DNA of 40,061 nt from Schizochytrium sp. TIO01 (taxonomy: Eukaryota > Protista > Bigyra: Labyrinthulomycetes), in the NCBI GenBank assembly GCA_004764695.1, contig SMSO01000017.1, positions 1 through 40,061 of the forward strand, written 5' to 3'. A model generated the notes under the pieces. It ran no database searches and was not told the origin of the DNA. It was given only the letters and a program-made list of their open reading frames with translations. This document shows, piece after piece, positions 1 through 13,479 of this stretch (position 1 is its first letter; each line of letters begins with the position of its first letter). The translations under genes and the position numbers were made by a program.

Positions 1-736
1 CATCGAGGCATGCCCCCCCAACCACCCACTCACTCATCGAGGTGCGCACCCCCAGCCAGCTCTTGCCCGCCTTCGAAAGTCTAGCTAGGTTACCTGTTCC
101 TCTCAAACATCTTGCGAGTCTCGATGAGGAACGGCACCGCAGCCTCACGGGTGTTAGTTTCTTGAGCGAGCGGGGAGCGCATTCTTCGAACCTGCTAATA
201 GGAACCCAGCATGCGGGAGGAAGGAAATCATGAAGTTTGCCGCCGGTGAGGGAAACTGTCATCCTACCGTTGATCCGCCTGAGTGGTAACCTCCGAGCCC
301 AGGATCCGACTCGGCTGCGAAAGCTTGTCCTGTCAGCACCGACGTTCTCTTCCTTTAGTTTCTGCTACATTTGTTGCGCCAACCAAGAAGTTATTCGGTG
401 CGCACAAATGGCTCGAGAACGGCACAGCGAGACCTATGCCACGGCCCAGGCTAGTCCGTAGGTCTCATGGTGATGGTGGTGGTGCCCAGGTTAGTACTGC
501 GCGCTGGCGAAATCGAGGCCTTAAGGCAGGAGCTGCAACCTTGCCTGGTGCCTTCCAGAGATCGCTGCTGCTCGAGATAAACGAGACGAAGCAACTGTGG
601 AGACACAAGTCACTGTCAGCAGCGATGCCGGAGCTTGTGTGACCTGAGGCACGGCTCTGGCGTGTTTCTGTGAGCAGCGGCAAGCGTAGAGCAGCGAGAC
701 CTGACCAAGAACCTGGTCGCAAAGGCCACAACGCGA

Positions 737-808
<72 letters not shown>
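737..808. repeat. (GCTT)18 microsatellite
   Basis: Perfect tetranucleotide run read directly; explains the spurious LLAC/SKQA ORFs. Confidence 0.95.
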
Positions 809-811
<3 letters not shown>

Positions 812-1213
812 CGCTCGCTTGCATTGGGGACCTCAGAGAACCAGACAGCCTGCAGTGAAGATGGTGTTGGCGGCCCTCGTGCAACTTAAAGTTCCTGCGG
901 CGCCTTCAACTTCGTCGTAGCAGTAAAACTAAACTAGACGCTCCAGCGGGTTGAGTGATTTCGTGAACACTTTGCAACTGCAGCTAGTGCAGATTCTGTA
1001 CAAGGCACCTACCTACCAACCTGACTGACTGACTGACTGACTGACTGATTGACTGACTGCTGCGCAGGCCCACCCACTCATTGCGTCCGTGTTTGCCTTG
1101 GACACCTCGTCACTCTGGCAGTCCATAGGTATGCCACCACCACCACCACCACCAAACCAATCGCGATGGTCTATCCTCGCTGCCTGCGAACTTGCCTCAA
1201 GCTTGCCTCGACC

Positions 1214-1249
1214 TTGAAGGAGATCTTGAAGGAGATCTTGAAGGAGATC
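1214..1249. repeat. 12-bp tandem repeat (TTGAAGGAGATC)x3
   Basis: Read directly. Confidence 0.9.
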
Positions 1250-2386
1250 CTGCGACCTTGAGCTCTGCAACTGCACCACAATCTGTGTAGGAACCAGTTC
1301 CACTACTCGCGCCTAATACTTTCTAGCGCAGCACATACATGGTGAAGTTCCGACTAGTGCAATTTCATGCTACACTCCAGCACCACCGCAATCAAATCCA
1401 TCAGCGTGAGCTGATTTACGTCTGCTTCAAGACCTGCTCGGTCGGCTTCAGCGCGGAGATCGATTATTTTGGGCTTCAAACTCCGCAACAGCAGCAAAAG
1501 TATTTGAGTCATCGTCTTCAACTAGGGTTGTCTTGACAGCACAGATGTGGTTCTTCACCGGTTCCATCCTCGTTCTGTTCTACCGGGTTCGATGATCTAT
1601 CAAAGCTGCAACTTGTGTAGAACCGGACACCGTGTATTCAATGTTTTCATCTAAGCAATACGACCAGTCTTGTAATAGCAGCTTTTCGCAGAGAAGCTTC
1701 CTATGTCCCCACTTTTTGGGGGTTTGCTTCAGTGCTGTCTTCCAATTTTAATTTTAATTTTATAGTTTAATTTTATGAATATTGCTTTTTCTAAGTTGAT
1801 AAATAAACTTAGAATGATTTTGTTAAAAAATAAAGACGAAGCTGAATTATAGGTTAAGAAACAATGGAAGGCCCACTTCGTGTATTTTCATGGTATTCAT
1901 GGCCACAAGCGACCGATCAATCAATCAATCAATCAGGACTTCAGGGCTTCAAGCAATGGTTGGGATTGGATTTCCTTCTGGTATCAATGACTTTCATTGC
2001 ATTCCTGCAGCCAGAGCGTGCTTGTTGATTTGACTGTGGAAGGATCACAATTGCAGCAGCCAATAAATAAACAAATAAATAAACAAATAAATAAACAAAT
2101 AAACAAATAAACAAATAGATAATCTTCACTCTTTCCCATTGCCAACTACAATCAATCACCTCCTACTATTCCAAAGTGCAGCCTTCTTTATTTTATTTTC
2201 CTTTATGACCATCTTTTAATAACAGAACATGCAGAAAGGAGGTCCTTTCAGATTCTTGGTTTCCGCTTTCTTTCAGTCCCATTCTTTTTCAATAAACCAG
2301 CGAAAGCCTAAGTTTCCGTGCTTACCACACTATGTAGCACAATGCTGTTTATTTATTCTTGGTAAGCAAGTAAGCAAGCAAGCAAC

Positions 2387-2419
<33 letters not shown>

Positions 2420-5271
2420 AAGCACTGAAGAAGCTTTCTTTACAGAATGAAAGAAAACCAAAGAATCCCTAAACTTGAGCAATTCTAGGGATTATCGATC
2501 TCCATTCTGCCGCTGTATACTTGCAGAAAGCTGCGCCATATTCACGGACGCCCTGTAATTAAGCCGTGCTCCTCGTGTCTTTCCTCTCCACCCCTTGCGT
2601 CCTTGCGGCCTCTTTTGGATATCCCGTTCGTACGTCGCTCTCCGTCGATTGCTTTCTTGGCCACCGTTCTCTCTCTTGGGCTTACAGCCGTCCTCAAGGG
2701 TCTCTTATCCATTCATAGCTGACTGCTACGCCATAAAGTGGCACCAATGCTAATACGTGGCTAGTGTTTACTCGTAGGCCCTCTGATCATGGCAAGCCTC
2801 CTCCTGCGTATCAGGTAATAGAAGCACCACCTCCCACTTCATGCTTGGCTGCGACTGAAAAGATAATTCCATTCCATTTCATTCTATTCCATTGCGTCGA
2901 TCATTTGTAGAAGTTAAGTTGCGTTTGTTTGCATGGAAATATCACTGGGACAGTGAAATAAGGGCGTGTATGCAGCTGTCGTTTGCGGGTTACTCGATGC
3001 GAAGAGGTCGCTTCGAAGTCACTTTAAAGGCCTGCCTAAATCTCCGTCCATCGACTGTTCACAACAGACCGTGATCGCTCTGCTTATTGCTTTACTTCTG
3101 CTTTACTTCCTTCATTTATTTATCCATTCATTTGTTTGTTTATGCATTCATTCATTTGTTTGTGTGTTTGTTTGTGTTTGTTTATTCATTTGTTTGTTTG
3201 TTTGTTTGTTTGTTTGTTTGTTTGCCTCACTGTGCTTCGTTTGCTCTGCTTTAGTTTGCTTCGCTTCTCTTTTCTTCTGCTTTTCTTGAGCTTTTGCTGT
3301 ACAGCTAAGGTTAAATAATAATCACATGTGATCAGATCTATGAATTCCGCCAATCTCTGCGCCACCACTGTGCGGCAGAGACCACCGCGGCGGTCCAGGG
3401 AGCTCGGGCGCTGGCCGCCTGCTGTCCTGCCGCCTCGCTGCCTTCCTTGGCGCCGGCCTGCGCGACGACTTCACGCACGGTTCTTGCTGGTTTGGTGCTG
3501 GTCTCGAGGTTTGATTGATGGGACGAATGAGCTTTGTGCCCACTTTTATTTACTTAGTGGTTTACAATTTTAAATAAAACTTACTTACTTTTTTACTTTT
3601 TTACTTCTTTTAAAAGTCATTTAGGTGCTTCGTTAGCTGCATCGTAGGAATGACTGTATGTATATATATGTGCTTACTCTCCGTGGACGCCCTCGCCCAA
3701 GCCGAGAATTTCTGCTTTACTTACTTACTCACTTACTAGCTTACTTACTTTACTTACTCTGGCCTGCTATGTAATTTATTTATAGCTTGGCTCACGATTG
3801 AATGAATGAATATGGTTGAATGAGTGAATCCAACTGGAATAAATGAATATAGTTGAATGAATGAATATAGTTGAATGAATGAATACAATTCAATGACTAA
3901 ATGAATGAATGAATATAATTGAATGAATGACACCTAAACTTGTAGGTAAGGTACGTACTACCTACAAGACTTGACAAATAATAATAACAGATCGATCAAC
4001 GAGTCCTGGTGTCAATTTTATGACTACTTCTTGAATTGCGAGTTGCGCAGTGCTGGCGTGTATCATCAGCCTTCGTCTCAACGAGGTTCTCTCCTGGTGG
4101 CGGTACCTTTGCATCTTTGACTTTATTCTTCTTTCAATGTGCTCGCAAGTCGGGAGTCTGAAATGTCGAGGGATCCTTCATAGATTTGCACGCTTGGTAG
4201 GACCATCCGTCATCATGATCAGTCCGCTGTGATATCATGTGTGTATCTATCGCCTCGTACCTCTCCATTTGAAGGGTGCGTGCGGTCAAAGGAGTCAAAG
4301 TCAGCTAAACTAAACTAACTCATTGGACAATCCATCAGTTCGTCTCAAGGGCTATGCACCTCTGAACAAGCAAACTTGCAGGTGCAAACTCGCAGGTGGA
4401 CGAGTGATTGATCGATACAGCCACCTGCATTGGCTACTCTGTGGGTGGGACTCCGTGCTTCGCAGCATTCGCAATTCAATCGATATCATCCACGGAGCAC
4501 ACACCCAAAAGCAAGCACGATCCACAGCATCCTCGAGTGACCTCTCTCAGTTATCGCCGATAATCGTTGACGTTGTGGACGATGTCCTCATTGATGAGTT
4601 GGCGGTTGTTGTTGTTGTTGTTGTTGTTGAAATCGGCAATGGACTGCGCTCCTCGAACTCCTGTGATGTTTGCTTTCCCTAGCCCTGAAGCGCATCTCAC
4701 GAAAGCCAACATGCGCGATGCTCTAGTCCAGTTCGCCCCACAACCCAAAGAACCCTGCAGGAAACGCTCATCTCATCTTCTCTGCTCCTCCCTAAGACCC
4801 TCCCTGGAACGCTCTCTCTCTCTCGCACGCCGCTGCAGGTAGCGACAGAATTTGCAGAGCTGCCGACCAACCCTGCAGACAAAGAAGAGCCCAAAGCTCA
4901 TCCATCAGAGCAGATGATCGATCGTCTCCGCATCGATTTGCTCTCTCACCACTTTTCTTCGCTCCATCGCTCAGGGTGTCCTCCACCGCGACTCTCGGCC
5001 TCTGTCCTCTCTGTCCCTCACTTACTCGAGTCTCTGCTACTGCTGGGGTTAGTTCCATAGTCCTCAGGTAAAAGAACAGGAAGAACGCGATCCGTTTGTG
5101 GTCACTCGTGCCTACGCTGCCTAGCGATTACTCTAGCAGGCACCGGATCCGGGTAGCCAGCTGATTCGCGAGTTGGCTGGCGGTAGGAGTCTCCTAGGCG
5201 CAAGTAGCTCAGCCTGCCAAGAAATAGTAGCTTGAAATAAGAGACAATGGCAAAGAAATAAACGAATAAAC

Positions 5272-5342
5272 GAATGAATGAATGAATGAATGAATGAATG
5301 AATGAATGAATAGATCAATAGATCAATAGATCAATAGATCAA
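5272..5342. repeat. Compound (GAAT)n + (TAGATCAA)4 microsatellite
   Basis: Read directly. Confidence 0.9.
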
Positions 5343-5486
5343 GAGACTAACGTGCCTAATGGGCGTTTCTGCCGGGAGCAAGTGCGAGAACAGCTCTTTG
5401 GCCAGAGAAGAAAGGTGACTCGCGGACGAAGCGCAGAGAGCCCTGAGCTGCAGATGAATCTTTACAACGCGACGCTCAGAGCTTTA

Positions 5487-5525
5487 GAAGAAGAAGAAGA
5501 AGAAGAAGAAGAAGAAGAAGAAGAA
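5487..5525. repeat. (GAA)13 microsatellite
   Basis: Read directly; gives the poly-E run in a spurious ORF. Confidence 0.9.
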
Positions 5526-7240
5526 AGCGATTCTTCAATTCGGGTACGTCATCGCGACGTCATGTCAGATACGATTTTCATCCCAAAAGAGAATTCCGGC
5601 TTCTGTGAAACCCTTTTATCTCTTATTCCCTATTTAATATACTTTATCAATAAAAACGTATATTTATATACACACATATAAATAATATTTAAAAAAAAAA
5701 TAAACTTGCAGAAGCCAATTCTCTCACTCCTTCAGTTTACAACTTCCCTTTTGTTTATCCATTTGTCCATCTATTTGATGCAGCATAAACAGCGCAATGA
5801 ATGAAAGATTTGCTCGTCTCCTCCATACCTTCCTAACTAATGCCCTCCCTCCATAGATAGATAACAAAGCCAACCGGAAAAGCTCAAGCTCAAGCTCGAG
5901 CTCAAGCTCGAGCTCGAGCTCACTCAGTTCATCTCGGGTAGAGGCCTGCTTGCTTGCTTGCTTGCTGGATTGATTATTGCTGCTTGCTCGAGCTCAAAGT
6001 CGCGGCTTCTGCGGCCGCCCTTTTCTCCGGTCTCGAGAATGCTGGTTTCGAGCAGTTCGAAACAGTCTGCAATGGCGATGGCGCAAATCTCACAGGGAAA
6101 CTTGGGTCTTAAGTTCTTCCTTCCTTCCTTCTTCTCTCTCTATCCCCAAAGTAAGTAAGTAAGTAAGTAAGTAAGTATGTATAAATAAGTGCATATTACC
6201 GGCTGCTTTCTTTCCTTTCCTTTCCTTTCCTTTTCTTTTTCTGCAATTAATTTAATTAACTCATTTTTTAAGGTTAACAAAAGCAGAGTAGGAGGAAACG
6301 AACAGCATTTGCGCTGCTTTGCTTTACCTTTAGAAGAAGGAGAAAAGGAATAAAAGTTTTTTTGTTTTTTTTTTTTAAGTGGGTGGACGGTCGGTCTTCT
6401 TGGAAGGGCGGTTGTTGCTGGTACGTTGAAGAAGGCAGAGAAGAGAAACCTTGAAACCCGCGCCCTGGAAAGCTTGGAGGCGCGCGCTTCAAGCCGCCGA
6501 GGCCGGTCGGAGGCTGCTGCAAACTGCGCTTCAAGCCGCCTGCCGCCTCCCCGCGACCTCCTTCGCAGGCCTGGGCCGGCTGGATTGGGACTCGGGCGGT
6601 TTGTTTGCAGGGCCTATCATTGCACCACTGCATAACCATCGTACCTATAGAACTTACTTCTTAAATGTGCTGTTTAGCAGAGAAAACAGACAGGAAAAGA
6701 GAAAAGAAAAAGAAAAAAGGAAATGTGTGATGAGATAAATGGCGAAATGGGAATTTCGAAGGTGAGATCGCCAAGTTTGGCATGAATCAGTCCACATTGC
6801 CATCGATCGGGGCCTTCAGCAGACTCTTCAACGTGCACTACGCCCAAGCTGGACAGGGGAAATGTGCCTCTTTTCACTGGTTTTCCAGCCTTGCCAGATG
6901 AAAGAACGTGCGATGCGATGTGGTGTGATGTGGTGGCCATGATATGATGGATACTCTTCTTCTCTTGAAGTAACAAACTCCATTTCCCTTCTCTTTTTTT
7001 CCTTTTTTAAAAAAAGAGATGTGTATATAATTTATTTAAAAATATATACATATATGTATAAAAGCAGCAGTGGTAACATCATAATAAGATAATGGTTCAA
7101 TCGTAACTGCATCGCTCTCCTCTCTAATCCCTCATCAAACCCACGAAAACATGACGACGCAAGACAATTCCTCGATTCTGTATCCCTTAGGTACTTAATT
7201 GAGTGGGCCACGATCAGTTAATGAATATATGAATGAATGT

Positions 7241-7460
<220 letters not shown>

Positions 7461-8065
7461 GTCCCAAAAGAATACCATACTTTGAGTGTCGCCAGCACTG
7501 CTATCGCGAACTACGCTCTTTTCTGCTTAGTTATCAACGGCGACATTGCTCGAAGCAGCAGAGTGCCATACTATCCATGTAGATATGTATGTCTTACCTA
7601 CCAAAGGCAGGTTAGTAAATGTGTGTGTGCATGAATGAAAGAATAAAAGAATGAGTGAATGTATGTTTATATGACGAATTGAGATCATGTATGCCACTGG
7701 CACTCTGCTCAATCTCGCAGCTCTTTCGCAGAGGTACATTGACTGCTGCTTCGTGGCATACGTGGCTACACATCGCGATGGTGAGTGAGTGGTCTTCGAT
7801 CGACCTGTCGAGTGACTTGAATTGAGTTAACTTGACTTGACTTGAGCGATCTTGTCCATGTCACTGCGCTGGAGAAGATTACCCATCCTGGTGCTTCTCT
7901 TTCTTTCTCTTTCTTGGCCTCTCTTCTTATTCCCGGTCTCCGCCTTTCTTCCCTTTCATCTCCAGTATGGCTTTTTTCCCTTCGCACTCCTGCCGCGAGA
8001 ACGGCATAGGAGTCCCTACCGCCTGCTACGCCCGCTGCGTGCTGAGCTTTGTTTATGCCTAAACA

Positions 8066-8101
<36 letters not shown>

Positions 8102-10185
8102 AGGGAAGAAAGAGAGTCAATGAATGAGCGAATAAACGGCCTCTTTCTTCTTCTTCTTCACACTGCTGCGCTTCCTTTGATGCTTTTCTTTCGCACTAAA
8201 GCCTCTCGTGCGTGGATACACATATATGCATTCACTCATGCATGCATGCAAGCATGCATAGATACGTACGTGCAGACAGACAGACCGTGATCAGAGTCGA
8301 TCTTTTCTGTTCTTCGCCGTGCCAATAACTGACCAGCCAACCAAACAGACCCATCAATCAATTGCTCAATCAATCAGTTTCGATAGAGCTGCTTTTGTTC
8401 CATTATCAATCAATCAATTAAACAAACAATCAAACAAACAAACAAACAAACAAACAAACAAACCAATCAAAAAGAAAAAGAGTGCTTATTCCTCGAAAAC
8501 AACAACAACAACAACAACATCAACATTGCCGGGAGCCAGGAGCTCGCTGGCTTCGCCTCGCGCCGGAAGTCTAGTCCATTCTGTGCGATGAATGAGGCAG
8601 CAAGCTCGCTGGCTGGCTGGATGGCAGGCAGGCAGGCAGGCTGGCTGGCTGGCTAGCTAGCCACTCACGATCGAAGGAGGAGCTCTGCTCTGAAGCGCCA
8701 TTCTGAGCGATCGATCGATCGATCGATGCAGACCCACTCATGTCTTCTTTCCTTTCTTTCCTTTTTGGACCTCTCTAATCAAAGAAATAAAGAAATAAAG
8801 AAACAAAGAAATAAAGAAACAAAGAAACAAAGAAACACCTGTGATCGCTCGTGAGTCGAGGCGGTAATAGTGGCACGCTGGAGGACCCGTTTTAATGCAA
8901 CGGCCATGGGGTGGTCAGATGTTAAGGGCGTGCAGTGAGGGAAAGTAGTCAGTCAGTCGAACTACTTAGAGAAAGAAAGAATGATTGAGAAGGTTTGTTG
9001 AGTTTAGAATTGTTATTGTAAAGGGGCGAAAAGAAAAGAGAAATGGTTATCATTGAGCGATCGCCATTATGGCATCATATATGACAGTGGATGAAAGAGT
9101 TGATGCGTGCGTATTCATTCATTCATTCATTCATTCATTCGCGAGGGGTGGATAATAGAGCAGAGACCTTACGGAGAAGATGAGTGATTGAGAGGTGGTG
9201 CCTACGAGCTTATGCGTGAGAACGTACGTGGACCCACCCACATGTCGTGCTTGGTTACGGGCTGCTGGAGAAGATTGAAGCTGTTCACAGCCATTGCGGC
9301 AATGGAGAACGCTGCCGACGAAGAAAACGCACGTTTCCTTCTTTCTTTATTATTTATTACTTTATTTACCACTTTCTTTGTTTATCTTATCACTTTCTTT
9401 ATTTATTACTTTCTTCGCATTGATTGATTCACAGAGTATTGTGAATAATAAACGAAAGAAAGAATGAACCAATCGCTCATGAACCAATCGACAGTCAGCT
9501 AAAGCTTGAAACCCGAGCTGTACCTAAGAACCGATTTTTGTTTCTCTGTCAGATTTAGACAAAGAGAGAGAGAATGAAAGAGTGAGTGAGTGAGTGAGCG
9601 AGTGAAGCGCTGTTGTTAAACTGAAAAAAGAAAAGAATTGTCGAAGAATGAATAATATATGTTTAAAATAAAAAAGCGGACAGAGAAACGCTGCTTCCAA
9701 AAGGGAAGCAGCAGGAAAAGAAAAGAAAGAAAAGAAAAGACACAGAAACAGGAACAGAAAGGCGAAAGCAGCACCTTCAGAGTGGAAATCGCTCCTCTTC
9801 TTCTGCTTCTTCTTCTTCTTCTTCTTCAGAAAGAAGCACAGCGTCCAAGGACTCAGGTGCTTTACATCACGCACGTCGCTGCTGCTTCTTCGTGCCTTCG
9901 CAAAGAAATGAATCGATGACTTGGTCTGGTGAAAGAACGATGAATGAATCAGTCAATCAGTCAATCGATTAATGCAGAAGAAATAGTGAATGAAGGAATG
10001 AAGGAATGAATGAATGGGAAGTGCGCTAGTTAATATATGCACACGCGTCCCACCAAAGTTGAGAGTATCAGAGAAACAAGTGAAAAGGAGTCCTCTTCTT
10101 TTCTTTTCTTTTTGCCTTTTCTCGCGTGCTTTCTCTTTCTTGAGAGTTAGTTACTATGGAGGAAGCAGAGGAAAACAGAAAGAAT

Positions 10186-10236
10186 GAAAAGAAAAGAAAA
10201 GAAAAGAAAAGAAAAGAAAGGAAAAGAAAAGAAAAA
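10186..10236. repeat. (GAAAA)n pentanucleotide repeat upstream of the carrier gene
   Basis: Read directly. Confidence 0.85.
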
Positions 10237-10501
10237 AGTGGTAAGTGTATGTCTGTTCTGTATGTAATTTATGGTAACATTACTTTATAATAAATGAATT
10301 GGGAATCAAAGCGCCAAAGCCAAAGCCGATTGGAGCCTCAGCAAACCCGTAATTCGCAAGTTTCTAATCAACCTCACGGACCTCAAAGCAGCTAGCTTAA
10401 GCAAGCAAGCAGCAAGCAGGCCGCTGGCAGTGTGAGGCAGGTCTCTTTGAGCACCAGCCGCTTATTCAACTGCGAAAATAGCAGAATCAGCTGCAGGAAA
10501 G

Positions 10502-11455
10502 ATGGTCTCTACGGAGCTTAATGCCGTGCTTAAGCGCAACGCAAGCAACTCCGCTGTGGCAGCTCGTGCCGTGCAAAATGAGGTTCGCCGTGGCGTCTCT
10601 GCAGTCGGCCGCGTCCCCAACTCAACCCGTGAGCGCATGATTGCTCCCATCTCTGGCTTCGCATCTGCTGCCATCGAGATCTCCACGCTCTGGCCTGCAG
10701 AGTACGCCAAAACTGCCCTTCAACTTAACAAGGACAACAAAGACTTCCGCATCATGAGCCACATGAAGGAGCGTGGCTTCGGTATCTACCGTGGCTTGGC
10801 GCCGCTGTTGATCGGAGCACCCCTCCAGGGTCTCCTCCGCTTCTCCACCCTCGACTACTTTAACCGTACTCTCGCAGACCCCACCACTGGTCGCCTCTCC
10901 GTCGCATCTGGACTCTGCGCAGGTATTGGTGCCGGAATCCTCGAGTCTCTTCTTGTTGTTACTCCTATGGAGACTGTCAAGACCCAGCTCATCCACGCAA
11001 ACAAGGGCCTTGTTGAGGGCACCAAGTTCATCATTCAGACCCAGGGCATCTCCGGTATGTACAAGGGCTGCGGCGCCACCATCGCCAAGTCCGCAAGTAA
11101 CCAGGCTCTTCGCTTTGTGATCTTCAATACCTACAAGAACTACATGCTTGAGAACCCCACCGAGCAGAAGCTCACCGCTGGCCAGGCTCTCTTTGGCGGT
11201 ATGCTTGCTGGTGCTCTTGGAGCCCTCGGCAACACACCCATTGACACCATCAAGTCCCGCACCCAGGGTCTTGACGGCCACCGCTACAAGAACATGTTCC
11301 ACTGCGGTTACACCATGGTCAAGGAGGAGGGCCCCCTCAGTCTCTACAAGGGTTTGATCCCGCGTCTCGCACGCACCCTCCCTGGCCAGGGTATCATCTT
11401 CTGCTCTTACGAGATGATTAGCACCTCTCTCCGCGGCGTCTTGCTTGATGAGTAA
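10502..11455 (+). CDS. Mitochondrial carrier family (SLC25) protein, tricarboxylate/citrate transporter-like (SLC25A1/CTP1 type), 317 aa
   Basis: Three Px[DE]xxK signatures (PAEYAKTALQ, PMETVKTQL, PIDTIKSRTQ), [DE]G-x-x-x-x-Y-[KR]G motifs (GFGIYRG, QGISGMYKG, EEGPLSLYKG), strong C-ending codon bias, no intron needed. The signature context resembles citrate carriers; the substrate call is an inference. Confidence 0.93.
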   Translation: MVSTELNAVLKRNASNSAVAARAVQNEVRRGVSAVGRVPNSTRERMIAPISGFASAAIEISTLWPAEYAKTALQLNKDNKDFRIMSHMKERGFGIYRGLAPLLIGAPLQGLLRFSTLDYFNRTLADPTTGRLSVASGLCAGIGAGILESLLVVTPMETVKTQLIHANKGLVEGTKFIIQTQGISGMYKGCGATIAKSASNQALRFVIFNTYKNYMLENPTEQKLTAGQALFGGMLAGALGALGNTPIDTIKSRTQGLDGHRYKNMFHCGYTMVKEEGPLSLYKGLIPRLARTLPGQGIIFCSYEMISTSLRGVLLDE

Positions 11456-13440
11456 GTGCCTTGGAATTACGAAAGCTTCTACGCTCGTGGTGCTTGCACT
11501 GCCCACATCAAATTCAATTCGCATATGCCCAAAAACCCAAAACATTCATAGATCATCCACTTGTCTATGCGCTCCTTTCCTCGCTTTGGCAGTAGATGAG
11601 GCCTCTCTTTAGAGATAGACCTCATATGCCTGCTATTGCGTGCGCATGACACTCCAAGGCAACGGCTTCCTGTTAGGGTGCCCGAGCTCTTCGTCTATCG
11701 GCTTAGATTTGCCTGCTTTCACTCTTTCGAAAAAAGAAAAAAAAAATCGCTGTACATTGAAATCATTGCAACCCCGCACGTCAGAGTCTTCCTTCGTGAC
11801 TTTCTGACTTTAATAACTCTGTTTCCCCCCCTAATCATGAATATGCTCCGTGCGCAAGTTTCTCTTTTGTTTCAAAATTTTCTCTTTCCTGATGATAATT
11901 CCTTCTTCAGAGTACGTGTTGCTCTTATACAAGCTGTCTCCTTTATCTCTTGTGAGACCATGGTTGTAGTTTCAAAGAAGAACATTTTGTTGGCTTGCTT
12001 GTCTATCTATCTCTTCGTTTTACTGACCCTTTTAAAAGCGAATCGCCTTGTATATATGTAAATGGTCCTTCGTGACGTTACGCGCCATCCTGCATCGGCG
12101 ACTAGTCGGACCCCACAATAAAAAGCTACTACCAATCCCTCCACAGATTAAAAATGACCGCTAAATCACCTTGGTGATTACGAATGAGTCAACAGTCAAG
12201 CCCTTTCGCCAATACCTCCTGCTACTAGCTCAGCTCCATATTTCTGTGAAGGCTACCCATCAGATTTACGATGAGCCCTATACATTGCAACAGAATTCAA
12301 TACCAACAAGTATTAGTCATCTTGACTTAGTAGGGTATGACTTTCTTCTGTGGTAGGACAAAGATGTAATGATACTATCTAGCGCACATGATAGGAAGCT
12401 GCTGAATAGAACAGACGCAGATCGTAACATTCACATGCGGCGATCACGAACTTGAAACATCGTGTAGAAGACACTGCCAGAGTAAGACAACAGTGATATC
12501 TCAAGAAGAGAATTAGCAGATCTGAAACTAAGAACCCACCATAAGGAATTACATCTTTATCGTTAAATACACAATGCTAATAGATAATAAAACGTCAACC
12601 GATGATTGAAGTAACCAAGAGTAATTGGTCTTTGCAATGATGTACAGATTGAGAAAATATCCCCGAATTATGTTTGAATATGTCTACGTTGGCATCCAAT
12701 CTTTATCCCAGCATGTCTTTGGTCTGAAGTGCTTCCTCTATAATTCTTCGACGGGTCTTCTTCTGGAATCCCACGACCTACAGACGTGTTGATTTTCCTG
12801 AGACAGCATGTAGCTAGTTACACCTTGATGATTAGACGCAAAATGTTACTTATGAAGGAATAATTAGCCAAACTTCTCTAGAGGGAAAAAGGTAGTTTGC
12901 CGAAACTTTTAAGAGTGTGATAACCAGACACATTTTGGTCCGGTTAAGTCCGAAGAGTAGAGATCAATCACTGTCATAATCGCAAAATATCCGAATTCAC
13001 ATTCTACCAATCGTGTATCCATGTGTGGATCTCACTATTTGTCTATATGCGTCCTTTTATTTAAGTAGTCTTCCTATCAAGAAATTTGAACGGTTACAAA
13101 GGACTCTGGTGATGTCCTGTCTTCACGATCCCTGGACAATTTATCTTACCAGATCTAATCACAGAGCTACATACATATAGAGCTGACGTTACTACTTGAG
13201 GTGAGATATCTAAACAAAGAAACATAGAGACAAACAAGGTGTTGCTTTGCTAGAGTTCTTATTGTGCTATTTTCAGTCTAAGAAGAATAAAGTATCACAA
13301 AAGGGCTACCACGTCCGTGGTTGTTCATGAGGCGATATTGTATACCCACCGTTTGATATAACAAGTATGTTAGGATCTAGATCGATGGTTGAACTTACGA
13401 GTTGACCCGGCTCCTGCAATTATCTATATGTCTCTACACA

Positions 13441-13479
13441 GTGAAATAAAGTGAAATAAAGTGAAATAAAGTGAAATAA
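13441..13479. repeat. 10-bp tandem repeat (GTGAAATAAA)x4
   Basis: Read directly. Confidence 0.9.

Noticed and set aside
1013-1540. Possible decayed coding sequence on the minus strand
   Set aside because: Protein-like fragments in shifting frames, but no identifiable family; unsupported without a search.
3939-3968. 10-bp perfect inverted repeat CTTGTAGGTA/TACCTACAAG
   Set aside because: Isolated, with no TSD or second copy; plausible by chance in low-complexity DNA.
10622-11545. 307-aa antisense ORF over the carrier gene
   Set aside because: Shadow of the carrier's biased codon usage; no recognisable motif.
12063-12072. TGGTCCTTCG resembling a tRNA 3'-end primer-binding site
   Set aside because: No adjacent LTR end, paired LTR or pol remnant was seen.
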